A stretch of 64,000 nt of DNA from Abditibacterium sp. (GCA_965199495.1 CBDASK010000003.1:3168001-3232000), one strand, 5' to 3'; positions 18,412 through 28,382 are shown, counted from the stretch's first letter. Numbers and translations: made by a program. The notes: generated by a model not told the origin, from the sequence alone.

Positions 18412-19581
18412 TTATTGGCCAATTACATCTTTGGCGTCGGTCGCTGTCCACAGCGCGCGCGCTTTTAGGCGCATTTCGTCGTATTCGGCCTCGGCGTCCG
18501 AATCGGCGACGATGCCGCCGCCCGCATGGAAATAGGCGCGCTTGCCGACAATCGTCGCCGTGCGAATCGCGACGTTCCATTCCATATCGCCGTCGAAACC
18601 GAAATAACCGATGGCTCCCATCGAAGCGCCGCGTGGTCGCATTTCCAATTCATTGAGTATCTGCATCGCGCGAATTTTGGGCGCGCCCGTAATTGAGCCG
18701 CACGGAAACGCCGCGACAAACGCATCGAGGCCATCGCACTCCGCGCGTAACTTTCCGCGCACGACCGAAACTCCGTGATGCAGCGTCGGAAACGTTTCGA
18801 TTTGATACAATTGCGGCACATGGACGCTGCCAAATTCGCAGACGCGGCCCAGATCGTTGCGCATCAAATCCACGATCATCACGTTTTCGGCGCGGTCTTT
18901 CGCGCTATTTCTAAGTTGAGTTATGCGCGCCTGATCATCGGTGGCATCGCAGCCACGGCGCATGGTGCCTTTAATCGGGCGCGCTTCGAGAACGCTGTTT
19001 TGCAGGGTCAGAAACGTTTCGGGCGAATCGGAGATAATCGAGAAATCGCGCCATTGCAATAATGCTCCACGATTCGCGAGACGGCCATTAAAAAACGATA
19101 ATCTATCGTCTAATTCGGCGGCACTATAATTTGTTTTAACCGCAAAACGGTAGGTTAAATTCGCCTGATAAATATCGCCCGCCGCGATATAATTTTTAAT
19201 TTTCTCGACGCCCGCGCAGTAAAATTCGCGTGCTTCGGCAAAATCTGGCGCTTCGATTGGCTCTATCGGAGCGTAGCGATAACGTTTGAACAGTTGTTTA
19301 CGGCGCTCTAACTTTTCGTAAAACACCAAACGCGCGAGCGGCAAACCCAAATCATCAGCGCGTGGCTGTGGAATCGAGCGCGGCTCCAAGCTGCGCAACG
19401 CTTCGTAACTCCAAAAGCCGATGGCGCCGCCATTGGGGAAACGAACGCGCGCGCCTTCAAGACGCGCGCGCAATGCAGTCCCATCGAACGGCTCGTCGGC
19501 GCGCAATTCCCAAACATCGAACGGATCGAGACCGGAAATATCATCGCCGTTGAAATGCAGGACATGACTGCCAAAGTTCAT
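18412..19581 (-). CDS. pabB: Aminodeoxychorismate synthase component I (chorismate-binding family)
   Basis: GDIYQANL, SPETFL, RPIKGT, KDRAENVMIVDLMRND, FPCGSITGAPKIRAM, AGGGIVADS. Confidence 0.85.
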   Translation of the reverse strand: MNFGSHVLHFNGDDISGLDPFDVWELRADEPFDGTALRARLEGARVRFPNGGAIGFWSYEALRSLEPRSIPQPRADDLGLPLARLVFYEKLERRKQLFKRYRYAPIEPIEAPDFAEAREFYCAGVEKIKNYIAAGDIYQANLTYRFAVKTNYSAAELDDRLSFFNGRLANRGALLQWRDFSIISDSPETFLTLQNSVLEARPIKGTMRRGCDATDDQARITQLRNSAKDRAENVMIVDLMRNDLGRVCEFGSVHVPQLYQIETFPTLHHGVSVVRGKLRAECDGLDAFVAAFPCGSITGAPKIRAMQILNELEMRPRGASMGAIGYFGFDGDMEWNVAIRTATIVGKRAYFHAGGGIVADSDAEAEYDEMRLKARALWTATDAKDVIGQ

Positions 19582-19597
19582 GCGGTGAAATTGTTTT

Positions 19598-19694
19598 CGT
19601 AAAGACGTCAATTTATCGCGTCTAAAATGTCGAATTTGCTTTAAAGTTAGAGCAATTTCCACTTTTTTAGACGCGATAAATCGGCGTCTCTACG
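19598..19694. repeat. GTAG-type REP doublet (left arm degenerate)
   Basis: CGTAAAGACGTCAATTTATCGCGTCT ... AGACGCGATAAATCGGCGTCTCTACG. Confidence 0.85.
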
Positions 19695-19700
19695 ATTGGC

Positions 19701-19949
19701 TTAACCTGCCATAATGTCGCCGCCTGCGGGCGTGACACGAACGCCCTGTTCTTCGAGCCACTTAATCGCTTTGTCAATTTCGGTTTGATCGCCTTCGAGC
19801 GACAAATCCATCCAACCGGCCTGCGGTTGAATGTCAGCGCGACGAATCGAAAAAGTGACGTCGAATTTCTTGGCCATCTGACACACGACGGGTTCGGTCG
19901 CGCGCGGCGGATAAAAAGTGAGCCGTAAACGGTCGGAATGTTCGTTCAT
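19701..19949 (-). CDS. NIL domain protein
   Basis: RLRLTF....TEPVVC....FDVTFSIRRADI....GWMDLSLEG...I..AI.WL...GV.V; ATG 4 nt after the MoaD-like stop. Confidence 0.85.
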   Translation of the reverse strand: MNEHSDRLRLTFYPPRATEPVVCQMAKKFDVTFSIRRADIQPQAGWMDLSLEGDQTEIDKAIKWLEEQGVRVTPAGGDIMAG

Positions 19950-19953
19950 AATT

Positions 19954-20235
19954 TTAGATTTGGCCGCCAGCAATCGCGGGGACAATCGAAACCTCGTCGC
20001 CGTCTTTGAGCGGCGTGTCCAATTTCTGAAGAAAACGCACGTCTTCTTCGTTGACGTAAACGTTGACGAAACGGCGCAACTCGCCTTTGTCGTCGAGCAT
20101 ACGGGTTTTGAACTCGTCGCTCTGCGATGCGAGTTCGTTGACGGCGCCCCGCAAATCGGTGGCTTCAACGGAAACTTCGGCGCGGTCGCCGACGAGTTTT
20201 TGTAATGGTGTGGGAATGCGAACTAAAACGGACAT
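19954..20235 (-). CDS. MoaD/ThiS/CysO-like ubiquitin-fold sulfur carrier (C-terminal GG capped by QI)
   Basis: VRIPTPL...LRRFVNVYVNEEDVRFL..LDTPL.DGDEVSIVPAIAGG-QI*. Confidence 0.92.
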   Translation of the reverse strand: MSVLVRIPTPLQKLVGDRAEVSVEATDLRGAVNELASQSDEFKTRMLDDKGELRRFVNVYVNEEDVRFLQKLDTPLKDGDEVSIVPAIAGGQI

Positions 20236-20331
20236 GATATTTTTGTGTTGTGCTCGTTGCGAGCTTTTTTGTGACAGCTTCAATCAACGCGCAAGCGGCG
20301 CGCGGCGTTGCAAATGTTGTGCTTTTGTTTT

Positions 20332-20425
20332 CGTAGAGACACCGATTTATCGCGTCTAAAAACGTATGAATTGCGTCAAATTCGGCGATTATCAAGTTTT
20401 TAGACGCGATAAATCGGTGTCTCTA
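20332..20425. repeat. GTAG-type REP doublet
   Basis: CGTAGAGACACCGATTTATCGCGTCTAAAA ... TTTTAGACGCGATAAATCGGTGTCTCTA. Confidence 0.9.
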
Positions 20426-20440
20426 TGGGGAAGAAGAGAT

Positions 20441-21742
20441 TTATAACTTTCGGCCCAGCGCTTTCTCAAACGAAGCCAAATTCGCCTCGATTTGCATCGG
20501 CTGGCCGATTTTACCAGCCACGGCCTCGACGGTCTTCAAGCCGCCGCCGGTGATATAAGCCACTGTCACTTCGTCGGGCTTGATATGGCCGCTCTCGGCC
20601 ATTTTTTTCAGGTTGGCGATGGTGACGCCGCCCGCCGTTTCGCCCCAGATGCCTTCGGTTTCGGCCAACAATTGAATGCCTTCAACGACTTCTTCGTCGG
20701 TCACAGCGCCCGCCGCGCCATTTGTGGAGCGCATGGTTTCGAGCGCGTAAATGCCGTCGGCAGGATTGCCAATCGCCAGACTTTTGGCGATAGTGTTGGG
20801 TTTAACCGGCGTCACGAAATCCAAACCTTCGGCGAACGCTTTAGCGACGGGCGAACAGCCTTGCGCTTGCGCGCCCGAAACGCGGAAATCTTTTTGATCA
20901 ATTAAACCGAGCTTCATCAGCTCGTTGAAACCTTTATGAATTTTGGTCAGCATCGAACCCGACGCGATGGGAATCACGACGTGATCGGGCGCGACCCAGC
21001 CCAATTGTTCGGCGACTTCGTAGGCCAGAGTTTTGCTGCCTTCCGAGTAAAACGGGCGCACGTTGACGTTGACAAACGCCCAATCGGTGCGGTCGGCGAT
21101 TTCGGCGCACAAACGGTTCACTTCGTCGTAGTTGCCCTTGACGGCGACCAAGTTCGGCTTGTAAATCAGCGACCCCATGACTTTGCCGCTTTCCAAATCG
21201 GACGGAATAAAAACGTAGGCTTTCATGCCCGCGCGCGCGGCGTGCGCGGCCACGCTGTTGGCCAAATTGCCCGTCGAAGCGCAAGCGGCGGTGTCGAACC
21301 CGAACTCAACGGCGCGACTCAACGCGGTCGAAACGACGCGATCTTTGAAGCTCCAAGTTGGATTGGCCGTATCGTTTTTGATGTAAAGATTTTTGATGCC
21401 CAATCGTTTGCCCAGATTATGAGCTTTGACGAGCGGCGTAAATCCGGCGCCAATGTCAACGGCGGGCGTGCCTTCGACGGGCAATAAATCTTGATAACGC
21501 CAGATCGAGCGCGGGCCTTTTTCGATTTTTTCGCGCGAGATTTGACCGGCGATAACGTCGTAATCGTATTGGACTTCGAGCGGGCCAAAACACAATTCGC
21601 AAACGTGTTTGGGTTCGATGGGATACTCGGCGCCACATTCGCGGCAGGTGAGATTTTTGAGGCGCGATGCGCGCGGTGCGGCGGAAGTTTTTCCGTTGGC
21701 GTGGCCGTTGGTGGACGGCGTTGGGAGAGTTTCTGTGGACAA
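20441..21742 (-). CDS. Threonine synthase-like PLP enzyme, probably a sulfur-carrier-dependent O-phosphohomoserine sulfhydrylase
   Basis: N-terminal CxxC..CxxC, NPTWSFKDR (PLP Lys), CASTGNLANS, EGSKT; TTG start with AAGGA RBS; co-transcribed with the MoaD-like carrier. Confidence 0.85.
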   Translation of the reverse strand: MSTETLPTPSTNGHANGKTSAAPRASRLKNLTCRECGAEYPIEPKHVCELCFGPLEVQYDYDVIAGQISREKIEKGPRSIWRYQDLLPVEGTPAVDIGAGFTPLVKAHNLGKRLGIKNLYIKNDTANPTWSFKDRVVSTALSRAVEFGFDTAACASTGNLANSVAAHAARAGMKAYVFIPSDLESGKVMGSLIYKPNLVAVKGNYDEVNRLCAEIADRTDWAFVNVNVRPFYSEGSKTLAYEVAEQLGWVAPDHVVIPIASGSMLTKIHKGFNELMKLGLIDQKDFRVSGAQAQGCSPVAKAFAEGLDFVTPVKPNTIAKSLAIGNPADGIYALETMRSTNGAAGAVTDEEVVEGIQLLAETEGIWGETAGGVTIANLKKMAESGHIKPDEVTVAYITGGGLKTVEAVAGKIGQPMQIEANLASFEKALGRKL

Positions 21743-21895
21743 GAGAGCGTGTTCCTTGCGGTGCGTTAGCGAAAAAGAGGCTGGCACGCGCCATCGTTTT
21801 GGGTTCTCCGTTCGGCGAATCCCTTTTGCCGTTTTCGAGCAAAAAACGGCACCTTTGAAACGCGCAACGCAGGACGATGACTGCATTAAAGCCTA

Positions 21896-22507
21896 TCACT
21901 TTTCGGGCCGAACGGAAATCTCTGTGTCGTCAATTTCTTGGCGCAACGGCATGTTGCGGCCAAGGTTTCGGACATCGGCGAGCAAAGCAGCCAATCCGCG
22001 CGCGCCGAAAAGTAAGTAAAGACCGAGCGCGATTTCTACGAAAGTGTAAACCAAATTGGGCGCAAAACCCGTCCAATCTCGCTGGAATATGGCGTCTTGC
22101 GATTTGATGTTCCACGCGCGAACTAAAAGTTGCGTGAGGCGCGGCAGGGCAAGCGTCAAAACGTAAGCGCCCAAAACGGAAAACGCGAGTTGTTGGATCT
22201 CTTGATTTGTGGAAATGGGCACAACTTTTTCGTTGCGCTCGCCGACCATTTTTGCAGCCACGAAATCGGCTTCCATCCACAAAAATCCGGCAAAAATGAG
22301 CAGCAACGCTATGGGCGAAAGATAAATTAACGCCACCCAAAGTGACAGTGGAACAAAGCCGATGGGCGATTCCATTCTTGGAAACTGGTCGGGATTGAAC
22401 GCTTCATAAAAGGACGGCAGCAAAAACGCGCTCGCTTGAATAACGCTGATTAACGCCACAATCGACAAAATTCGGCACGCCAGCGCCGCCACAGAACGCA
22501 AATTCAT
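21896..22507 (-). CDS. Hypothetical membrane protein (4 TM)
   Basis: Four hydrophobic helices; tight spacing with mobA. Confidence 0.75.
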   Translation of the reverse strand: MNLRSVAALACRILSIVALISVIQASAFLLPSFYEAFNPDQFPRMESPIGFVPLSLWVALIYLSPIALLLIFAGFLWMEADFVAAKMVGERNEKVVPISTNQEIQQLAFSVLGAYVLTLALPRLTQLLVRAWNIKSQDAIFQRDWTGFAPNLVYTFVEIALGLYLLFGARGLAALLADVRNLGRNMPLRQEIDDTEISVRPEK

Positions 22508-22516
22508 ACTTCGATT

Positions 22517-23083
22517 TTACTCGATGTCGGTTGGCACATTCCAATTACTAAACATTTTTAAATTTTCATCGAACTCGCGCGCGACTTCGGGCGCGATAAA
22601 ATGGGCGCCAATTTCTTCCAAAACGCGACGAAGCGGTGGCATTTTGCCTTCGATTCGCAAATATCGCTCGAAAAACGGCGTCGCCGTGGCTGCATAGATC
22701 GCGTGCAACGGCTCGAAGCCGTCGTCGGATAAAGGCACGCGCGCGATTCCGTCGAAATCTCGAATCAAGTAGCGAATGAAATCGGCGTTTAAATATGGCA
22801 TATCGCACGCGACGACAAACGTTGGCGCGCCAAAATGAGACAATGCGGCGTGAATGCCGCCGAGCGAGCCGCGATTGAGGAAGACATCAGCCACGGCGGG
22901 CAATCCGGCGGCGCGTGCGATAGTTGGATTGGCGGTGACGACGATGATTTCGTCGAAAATTGGCGTCAGAATTTGCGCGATATGCGCAATGAGCGGTTGG
23001 CCGTTGAACGGAATTAACGCTTTATCGCGGCCCATGCGCGACGATTTGCCGCCCGCGATTATCGCGGCGCGCGTGACGTTCAT
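22517..23083 (-). CDS. mobA: Molybdenum cofactor guanylyltransferase
   Basis: IIAGGKSSRMGRDKA, GSLGGIHAAL, VACDMPY, EPLHAIY, NWN.P.D. Confidence 0.92.
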   Translation of the reverse strand: MNVTRAAIIAGGKSSRMGRDKALIPFNGQPLIAHIAQILTPIFDEIIVVTANPTIARAAGLPAVADVFLNRGSLGGIHAALSHFGAPTFVVACDMPYLNADFIRYLIRDFDGIARVPLSDDGFEPLHAIYAATATPFFERYLRIEGKMPPLRRVLEEIGAHFIAPEVAREFDENLKMFSNWNVPTDIE

Positions 23084-23086
23084 GGT

Positions 23087-23479
23087 TTAATAATCGGCTT
23101 CGTAAGCCGAAACGACGGGCATTTCCTCGATTTCGGGCGCGCTCTGTCGGTCGGATTTGCGGCGTTTTTGTGTGCTGGCCTCTTTTTGCGCTTCGATGAA
23201 AACTTGGCGTTGCAGGAAAAACGCGTAAGCCAACGCCAGACCGAAAATCATTTCGACGATGGACGAAAGTTGCAGCGCGCTCATGTAGGGCACGCCGACG
23301 ATTTCGCAAAAGCGCAGCGCCTGCATCAATGCGAACAAAACCGCCGCGATAATCATCACGCGCCACGAAGCACCCGTGCGTCCGACGCGCAGTTGCGGAT
23401 AAAGATTAATCGCCAGCACCGCCGCGCCGATGCTGGTCAGAAACGAAAAGAGCGCGGAAATAACGTCGTAAGAAGCCAT
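23087..23479 (-). CDS. Hypothetical membrane protein (3 TM)
   Basis: Hydrophobic helices; in an operon between ispE and mobA. Confidence 0.7.
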   Translation of the reverse strand: MASYDVISALFSFLTSIGAAVLAINLYPQLRVGRTGASWRVMIIAAVLFALMQALRFCEIVGVPYMSALQLSSIVEMIFGLALAYAFFLQRQVFIEAQKEASTQKRRKSDRQSAPEIEEMPVVSAYEADY

Positions 23480-23507
23480 AATAAAGACGTTTGAAAAACG
23501 GTGGGAA

Positions 23508-24404
23508 TTAAATTTTCGCCAGTTCGATGCCTCGCTCCACTAACGGAGCTACGCGCGTCATGGCTCCTTGAGTTAGCACGTCTTTCGCCAACGAGATTTC
23601 CAGTTGCGCACGCGCGCCGCGCGCCGCATTTTCGTCGGAGAAGAGTCCGAAACACGCCGATCCGCTACCGCTCATCTGCGCGCCCAACGCGCCATTTTGT
23701 TTCAACAATTCGACGCAACGCGCGGGCGAAAGTGTCAGTTCGTCCACGACGCGCGCGAAATCGTTGCCCATTCGTTTGGCAACAGCAGCTACGTCGCCCG
23801 CGTCCCAGACTTTTAATAGTTCTGGCGTCGCGTTTTCGCTGGCCAAACCGCTGTCGTCCCACGCGCGATACATCGGTGGCGTCGCCAGCGAAACCTGTGG
23901 TTTAACAATTAATATCCAACCTTGCAACGGCTCAAGCGGCGTTAGTTTTTCGCCGGTGCCTTCCATCAACATCGCGCCGCCGCGAATAAATAGTGGCACG
24001 TCGGCGCCCAACTGCGCGCCAATTTTTTCCAATGCGCCATCGGAAATCTGAATTTTCGACGCGCTTTGCAACGCCTTGAGAATCGCCGCCGCGTTGCCCG
24101 AACCTCCACCCAACCCGGCGCCCGTTGGAATGTTTTTAACTAACCGAATGCGCGCGCCAAAAACATCGCCGGTAGATTCGTTCCAGACGCGCACAGCGCG
24201 CGCACACAAATTCGATTCGCCGCACAAATCTGGATTGGCGCACGAAACGTTAATGCGGTCGTCGCGCGTCAGTTGCAATTCGATTTCGTCATACCAGCCG
24301 CAGGTGTGAACGACCGAGCGCAATTCGTGGTAACCGTCGGCGCGGCGCGATAATAAGTCGAGCGAAAAATTAACTTTGGCGGCGGATTGAAGCTGAAATT
24401 TCAT
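23508..24404 (-). CDS. ispE: 4-diphosphocytidyl-2-C-methyl-D-erythritol kinase
   Basis: AKVNFSL, DGYHEL, KNIPTGAGLGGGSGNAA, GADVP, MSGSGS. Confidence 0.95.
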   Translation of the reverse strand: MKFQLQSAAKVNFSLDLLSRRADGYHELRSVVHTCGWYDEIELQLTRDDRINVSCANPDLCGESNLCARAVRVWNESTGDVFGARIRLVKNIPTGAGLGGGSGNAAAILKALQSASKIQISDGALEKIGAQLGADVPLFIRGGAMLMEGTGEKLTPLEPLQGWILIVKPQVSLATPPMYRAWDDSGLASENATPELLKVWDAGDVAAVAKRMGNDFARVVDELTLSPARCVELLKQNGALGAQMSGSGSACFGLFSDENAARGARAQLEISLAKDVLTQGAMTRVAPLVERGIELAKI

Positions 24405-24409
24405 AATTC

Positions 24410-24526
24410 AAAATTCGCGCAGAGATGCGGAGGGAATAAAGCGATCTGAAAATTAGAGAACAGGCGAATAAATACTTTTAGAATTGCTTTATTCTCCCTG
24501 CGTCTCCGCGTCTCTGCGCGAATTTT
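24410..24526. repeat. Inverted repeat of the CACAGAG/CGCAGAG family overlapping the rsmA 3' end
   Basis: AAAATTCGCGCAGAGATGCGGAG ... CTCCGCGTCTCTGCGCGAATTTT. Confidence 0.8.
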
Positions 24527-25400
24527 CGTCCGTTTCTGTTGCCAGAGCATCCGTCAAATTTCCAAATTCGTCCAGCGATAACGTTTCGCCGCGTCGCATC
24601 GGGTCAATGCCCGTGGCTTGCCAAACTTCGGCCAATTTTTCTTTCGAGGCCAACGGTTTCATCGTGTTGCCCAGAGTTTTGCGGCGCTGCGAAAACGCGG
24701 CGCGCACGACCGTCCAAAAGCGTTTTTCGTCGTGCAGTTCCAATGCGGGCGTTTCCAAAAATTGCGCGTGAATTACGCTTGACGTGACTTCGGGCGCTGG
24801 CATAAACGAGCCGGGCGCGATGTCGAAAATGCGCTTGGTTTGGGAATACAAATGCGCCATAATCGAAAGCGGCCCATATTCGCGCGTGCCCGGCTGCGCG
24901 ATCATGCGCAACGCGACTTCGCGTTGCACGAGTAGAGTCGCGCTACTCAAATGCGGGCGCCACTCTTCGTAAACGCGGCGTAGCATCGGTTTGGAAATCG
25001 AGTAGGGCAAGTTCGCCACGATTTTGGTTCCATCGGGCAATTCGAGGTCTTCCCACGCGATGTCGAGGGCATCGCCGTGAATGAGCCGAAACGGTTGCGG
25101 CGCGAACTGGCGTTCCAAAAACGCGGCGAATTTCGCGTCTTTTTCGATGGCGACGACGCGGCCACCATCGCGCAATAATCGCACCGATAACGCGCCCAAT
25201 CCGGGGCCGATTTCTAAAATCGCGTCGTCTTTGGACAGTTGCGCCGTCGCAGCAATTTTATCCAATGCGCCCGAATTGACCAAAAAGTTTTGGCCCAGAG
25301 TTTTATTGGGCGCGGCGCCCAAAAGTTCGAGGATTTCGCGCGCCGTCGAGAGGCGCGACGGATCGAATTCGAGAGGATTTGGCGAAATTTCGGGCGGCAT
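24489..25400 (-). CDS. rsmA: 16S rRNA adenine dimethyltransferase
   Basis: LGQNFL, EIGPGLG, ANLPY, QREVA, FSQRRKTL, RGETL. Confidence 0.95.
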   Translation of the reverse strand: MPPEISPNPLEFDPSRLSTAREILELLGAAPNKTLGQNFLVNSGALDKIAATAQLSKDDAILEIGPGLGALSVRLLRDGGRVVAIEKDAKFAAFLERQFAPQPFRLIHGDALDIAWEDLELPDGTKIVANLPYSISKPMLRRVYEEWRPHLSSATLLVQREVALRMIAQPGTREYGPLSIMAHLYSQTKRIFDIAPGSFMPAPEVTSSVIHAQFLETPALELHDEKRFWTVVRAAFSQRRKTLGNTMKPLASKEKLAEVWQATGIDPMRRGETLSLDEFGNLTDALATETDENSRRDAETQGE

Positions 25401-25412
25401 GAGACGGAGAGT

Positions 25413-27374
25413 TTAGCGAGCGACCTCATTCACTTGCGCCCACGCGCGTAGCGTTTCGGCGACGCTCCACGCTTGCGCGAAACAGCCGCGTGTCTGGTGC
25501 GGCGCGGCGCCGTCGAATATCTCGGAAATCGAACCTAATCCGGCTTCGTCCAGATGCGCGATCATCGGTTGCAGCCACGTTTGCACCTGCGCTTTGGATT
25601 CGTCGCTTTCGGCGTTGACGTGCAAATAGGCGCTCAAAAACGGCCCCAAAAGCCAGCCCCACACCGTGCCCTGATGATACGCCGAATCGCGTTGCCACTG
25701 GTCGCCTTCGTAATACGGACGATAGCGCGAATCGCGCGGCGACAGCGAACGAAGCCCAACGGGCGTTAGTAACTCGCGCTGCACGACTTCGACGACCGCT
25801 TTGTTTTGCTCGTCGCTCAATAATTGATGCGGCAGCGAAACCGCGAAAATTTGGTTGGGCCGAATCGCGCCATCCTTGGAGTTGTCGTCAATGCAATCGT
25901 AAAGGCAATTTTCGGCTTCGTTCCAAAACGCGTCGGGAAAACTCGCGGCGATTTTGCGGCTCCACTCGGTGCAAATCGCCGCCGTATTGTGATCGTCAAA
26001 GCAACGCCCCCATGTCGCCATTTCGCATAACGCGTTAAACCACAACGCCTGAATTTCGACGGCTTTGCCCGACCTCGGCGTGAAAGCTGTGTCGCCGACT
26101 TTGGCGTCCATCCACGTTAATTGCGTGTTTTTGTCGCCCGCGCGCAACATCCCGTCATCGTCGTCGGCCACGATGCCGTAGCGCGTGCCCGCCAGATGCC
26201 ATTCGATGCTCTCGACCAACTTCGGATAAAGTTCCTGCACCGTTTTCCAGTCGCCCGAAATATGACCGTATTGAAAGACCGCGTGAAAGAACCATAATGT
26301 GCCGTCCACGGTATTATAATCGGGCGTTTCGTTGCCTTCGGGAAAGCGATTGGGAATCATGCCTTGACTCATCGCGCCCGCGAAACTGCGCAAAATCGAG
26401 GCGGCGATGTCGTATCGTTTCGTCGTCAAACACAAGCCGGGCAGGGCAATCATGGTGTCGCGGCCCCAGTCGGTGAACCACGGATAACCCGCCAAAACCG
26501 TATGCAAACCGTCGGCGCGCCGCACGATGAATTGGTCGGCGGCCAACTCCAAGCGTGCCGTGGCTGCACCCCAGTCGTCGCTCTGAATTAAGCCGCGTTT
26601 ATATTCGATATTCTTTTGCTCAGATTTAGCGGCAGTTTCCAAATCAATCGGTTCAATCGAAGCCGCGAATAATTTGGACGCCTTAACTTCGAGCGACAGA
26701 GAAAAATAACCGGGACAAAACGCGTCTTCGCTACTTTCCAAACCGCGCTCTTTTTCGAGCGGCCATTGAAAGCCATAATACCAATTTTCGTCGGCACAAA
26801 ACCGCCCATCGCTCGCCAGATGAACCGGCGGTTGCGAGGGATAAGGCCGCATTGAAAGCGCGCTTTGATCGGCGTTGAGTTCGATATTTTTATCGAACTC
26901 AGCGTTGACGCGTTGCTCCGAATGATACGAGCGCGGCGCCAAAAACGCGCGCACCTGCAACTCGCAATGTGGCCCGCTTTTGAGTTCGTAACGCGCAACC
27001 GACACGTTTTTGTGCGCTTCCATCCAAATCGTTTTCTCGATGACGATTTCGCCTTCGTCGGTCGGCACGCGATACGTCCAGCGCGGAAGCGGAGCCATCT
27101 CGAAATTTTCGATGAACAAATCGCCGCGCGGTGAAACGTCATTGGGCCAGAAGTTGGTGCCGAGGGGATAAGTTTTGCCGTCGCAAATCACGGTATCTTC
27201 GATTTTGGTGACCAAAACGCGACGATCTTGCGGGCCGTTTAGGGCCGCGCACAAAAACGCGTGATAGCGGCGCGTGACAGCGCCCGCAACGCTGCCGCTG
27301 GCAAAAGCTCCACTGCCGTTGGTGGCGAGCCACTCGTTATAAAATCGGCGCGTCGGCGCCCATTGGGGAATCAT
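25413..27374 (-). CDS. Amylo-alpha-1,6-glucosidase (glycogen debranching enzyme, archaeal type)
   Basis: EWLATNG.G, TRRYH, AGYPWFTDWGRDTMI, TWMDAK, RPNQ, YHQGTVWGWL, QAWSVAE. Confidence 0.93.
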   Translation of the reverse strand: MIPQWAPTRRFYNEWLATNGSGAFASGSVAGAVTRRYHAFLCAALNGPQDRRVLVTKIEDTVICDGKTYPLGTNFWPNDVSPRGDLFIENFEMAPLPRWTYRVPTDEGEIVIEKTIWMEAHKNVSVARYELKSGPHCELQVRAFLAPRSYHSEQRVNAEFDKNIELNADQSALSMRPYPSQPPVHLASDGRFCADENWYYGFQWPLEKERGLESSEDAFCPGYFSLSLEVKASKLFAASIEPIDLETAAKSEQKNIEYKRGLIQSDDWGAATARLELAADQFIVRRADGLHTVLAGYPWFTDWGRDTMIALPGLCLTTKRYDIAASILRSFAGAMSQGMIPNRFPEGNETPDYNTVDGTLWFFHAVFQYGHISGDWKTVQELYPKLVESIEWHLAGTRYGIVADDDDGMLRAGDKNTQLTWMDAKVGDTAFTPRSGKAVEIQALWFNALCEMATWGRCFDDHNTAAICTEWSRKIAASFPDAFWNEAENCLYDCIDDNSKDGAIRPNQIFAVSLPHQLLSDEQNKAVVEVVQRELLTPVGLRSLSPRDSRYRPYYEGDQWQRDSAYHQGTVWGWLLGPFLSAYLHVNAESDESKAQVQTWLQPMIAHLDEAGLGSISEIFDGAAPHQTRGCFAQAWSVAETLRAWAQVNEVAR

Positions 27375-27411
27375 CGCGCTTTAGTTTTGCAGATACGGCG
27401 CCCAAAAACAT

Positions 27412-28254
27412 TTACTGCAAATATCGTCCAAAGAAACGTGCGATGCGCGCGTCGGCCTGGGCGCGCGCGTTCTTCAATCCATGCGCTTCGCCCGCGTAAA
27501 CCTGAAAATCCACCGTCGCGCCCGCCGCCTTTAATTTTTGATACAATTTTTCGCTTTGTTGAAGTGGCACGAATTCGTCGGCATCGCCGTGCAACAGCAA
27601 AATCGGTGGCGCATATTCGTCGGCGTAAAATAATGGACTGGCGCGCTGGGCCAAATCGGCTTTTTGCTGAACTGTGCCGCCCAACAATCGTGTGAGCGGC
27701 GACAAAGGCGCGTTCCAATCTAAACCCGCGCCGTTGTTTAAGCTGAGCAAATCGGTCGGCGCGCTTTCGAGCGCGGCGCATTTGACACTCGAACTCGTCA
27801 GCGCCAACAATCCGGCCAAATGTCCGCCCGTCGAAATTCCGTAAACGCCGATTTTGGCGGCATCGAGCGAATAATTTTTGGCGTGTTGCTTAATAAAGCC
27901 AATCGCCGCTCGACAATCGTCAATTTGCGCCGGATAAACCGCGTCATCGCTGGAGCGGAACTCGACAGCAGCCACGGCGAAGCCCAACTTCGCCAAATTC
28001 CACGCGGCGCTGTTGAGTTTTTCGTAAGAGCCGGTGCGCCACGCGCCGCCGTGCAGATAAATCACGACCGGTAACGCGGTTTTGGGCAATGGATTGGGCC
28101 GCGACAACAACAGATGCAATTGGTGTTTGCCGATTTTGGAATAGACGATTTCACGTTTAACACCAACGCCCTGCGGCGGCGTGGCTGTTGATTTTTGTGC
28201 GTGCGCGGCGGGCGCAAAAATGGAGCAAAGCGCGATTGCCCAAAGGATTTTCAT
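27412..28254 (-). CDS. Secreted alpha/beta hydrolase (esterase/lipase, BD-FAE-like)
   Basis: Signal peptide; HGGAW, GISTGG nucleophile elbow, HGDADEFVP, AHG. Confidence 0.9.
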   Translation of the reverse strand: MKILWAIALCSIFAPAAHAQKSTATPPQGVGVKREIVYSKIGKHQLHLLLSRPNPLPKTALPVVIYLHGGAWRTGSYEKLNSAAWNLAKLGFAVAAVEFRSSDDAVYPAQIDDCRAAIGFIKQHAKNYSLDAAKIGVYGISTGGHLAGLLALTSSSVKCAALESAPTDLLSLNNGAGLDWNAPLSPLTRLLGGTVQQKADLAQRASPLFYADEYAPPILLLHGDADEFVPLQQSEKLYQKLKAAGATVDFQVYAGEAHGLKNARAQADARIARFFGRYLQ

Positions 28255-28382
28255 GTTTTGATTATAGCGCGATTATGTGAGAAGTTATAGATATGCTCAC
28301 TTCGTCATTCTGAGCGCAGTGAAGCACGAACAAAGCGGGCATATTTATAACTAAAACAAAGTGGAAGAATCGCGTTCTAAAC

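Noticed and set aside
21750..21860. Cobalamin- or SAM-like leader upstream of the ThrC-like gene (AGGTGC-hairpin-AAAAGGGA...GCCAG)
   Set aside because: It lacks the GGTG..ATCC and CCCCGC.ACTGT cobalamin core and the SAM-I ATC..GAG/GGCAACC core; cmscan would be needed.
28303..28325. CGTCATTCTGAGCGCAGTGAAG, resembling a REP half-site
   Set aside because: Single, degenerate and without an inverted partner.
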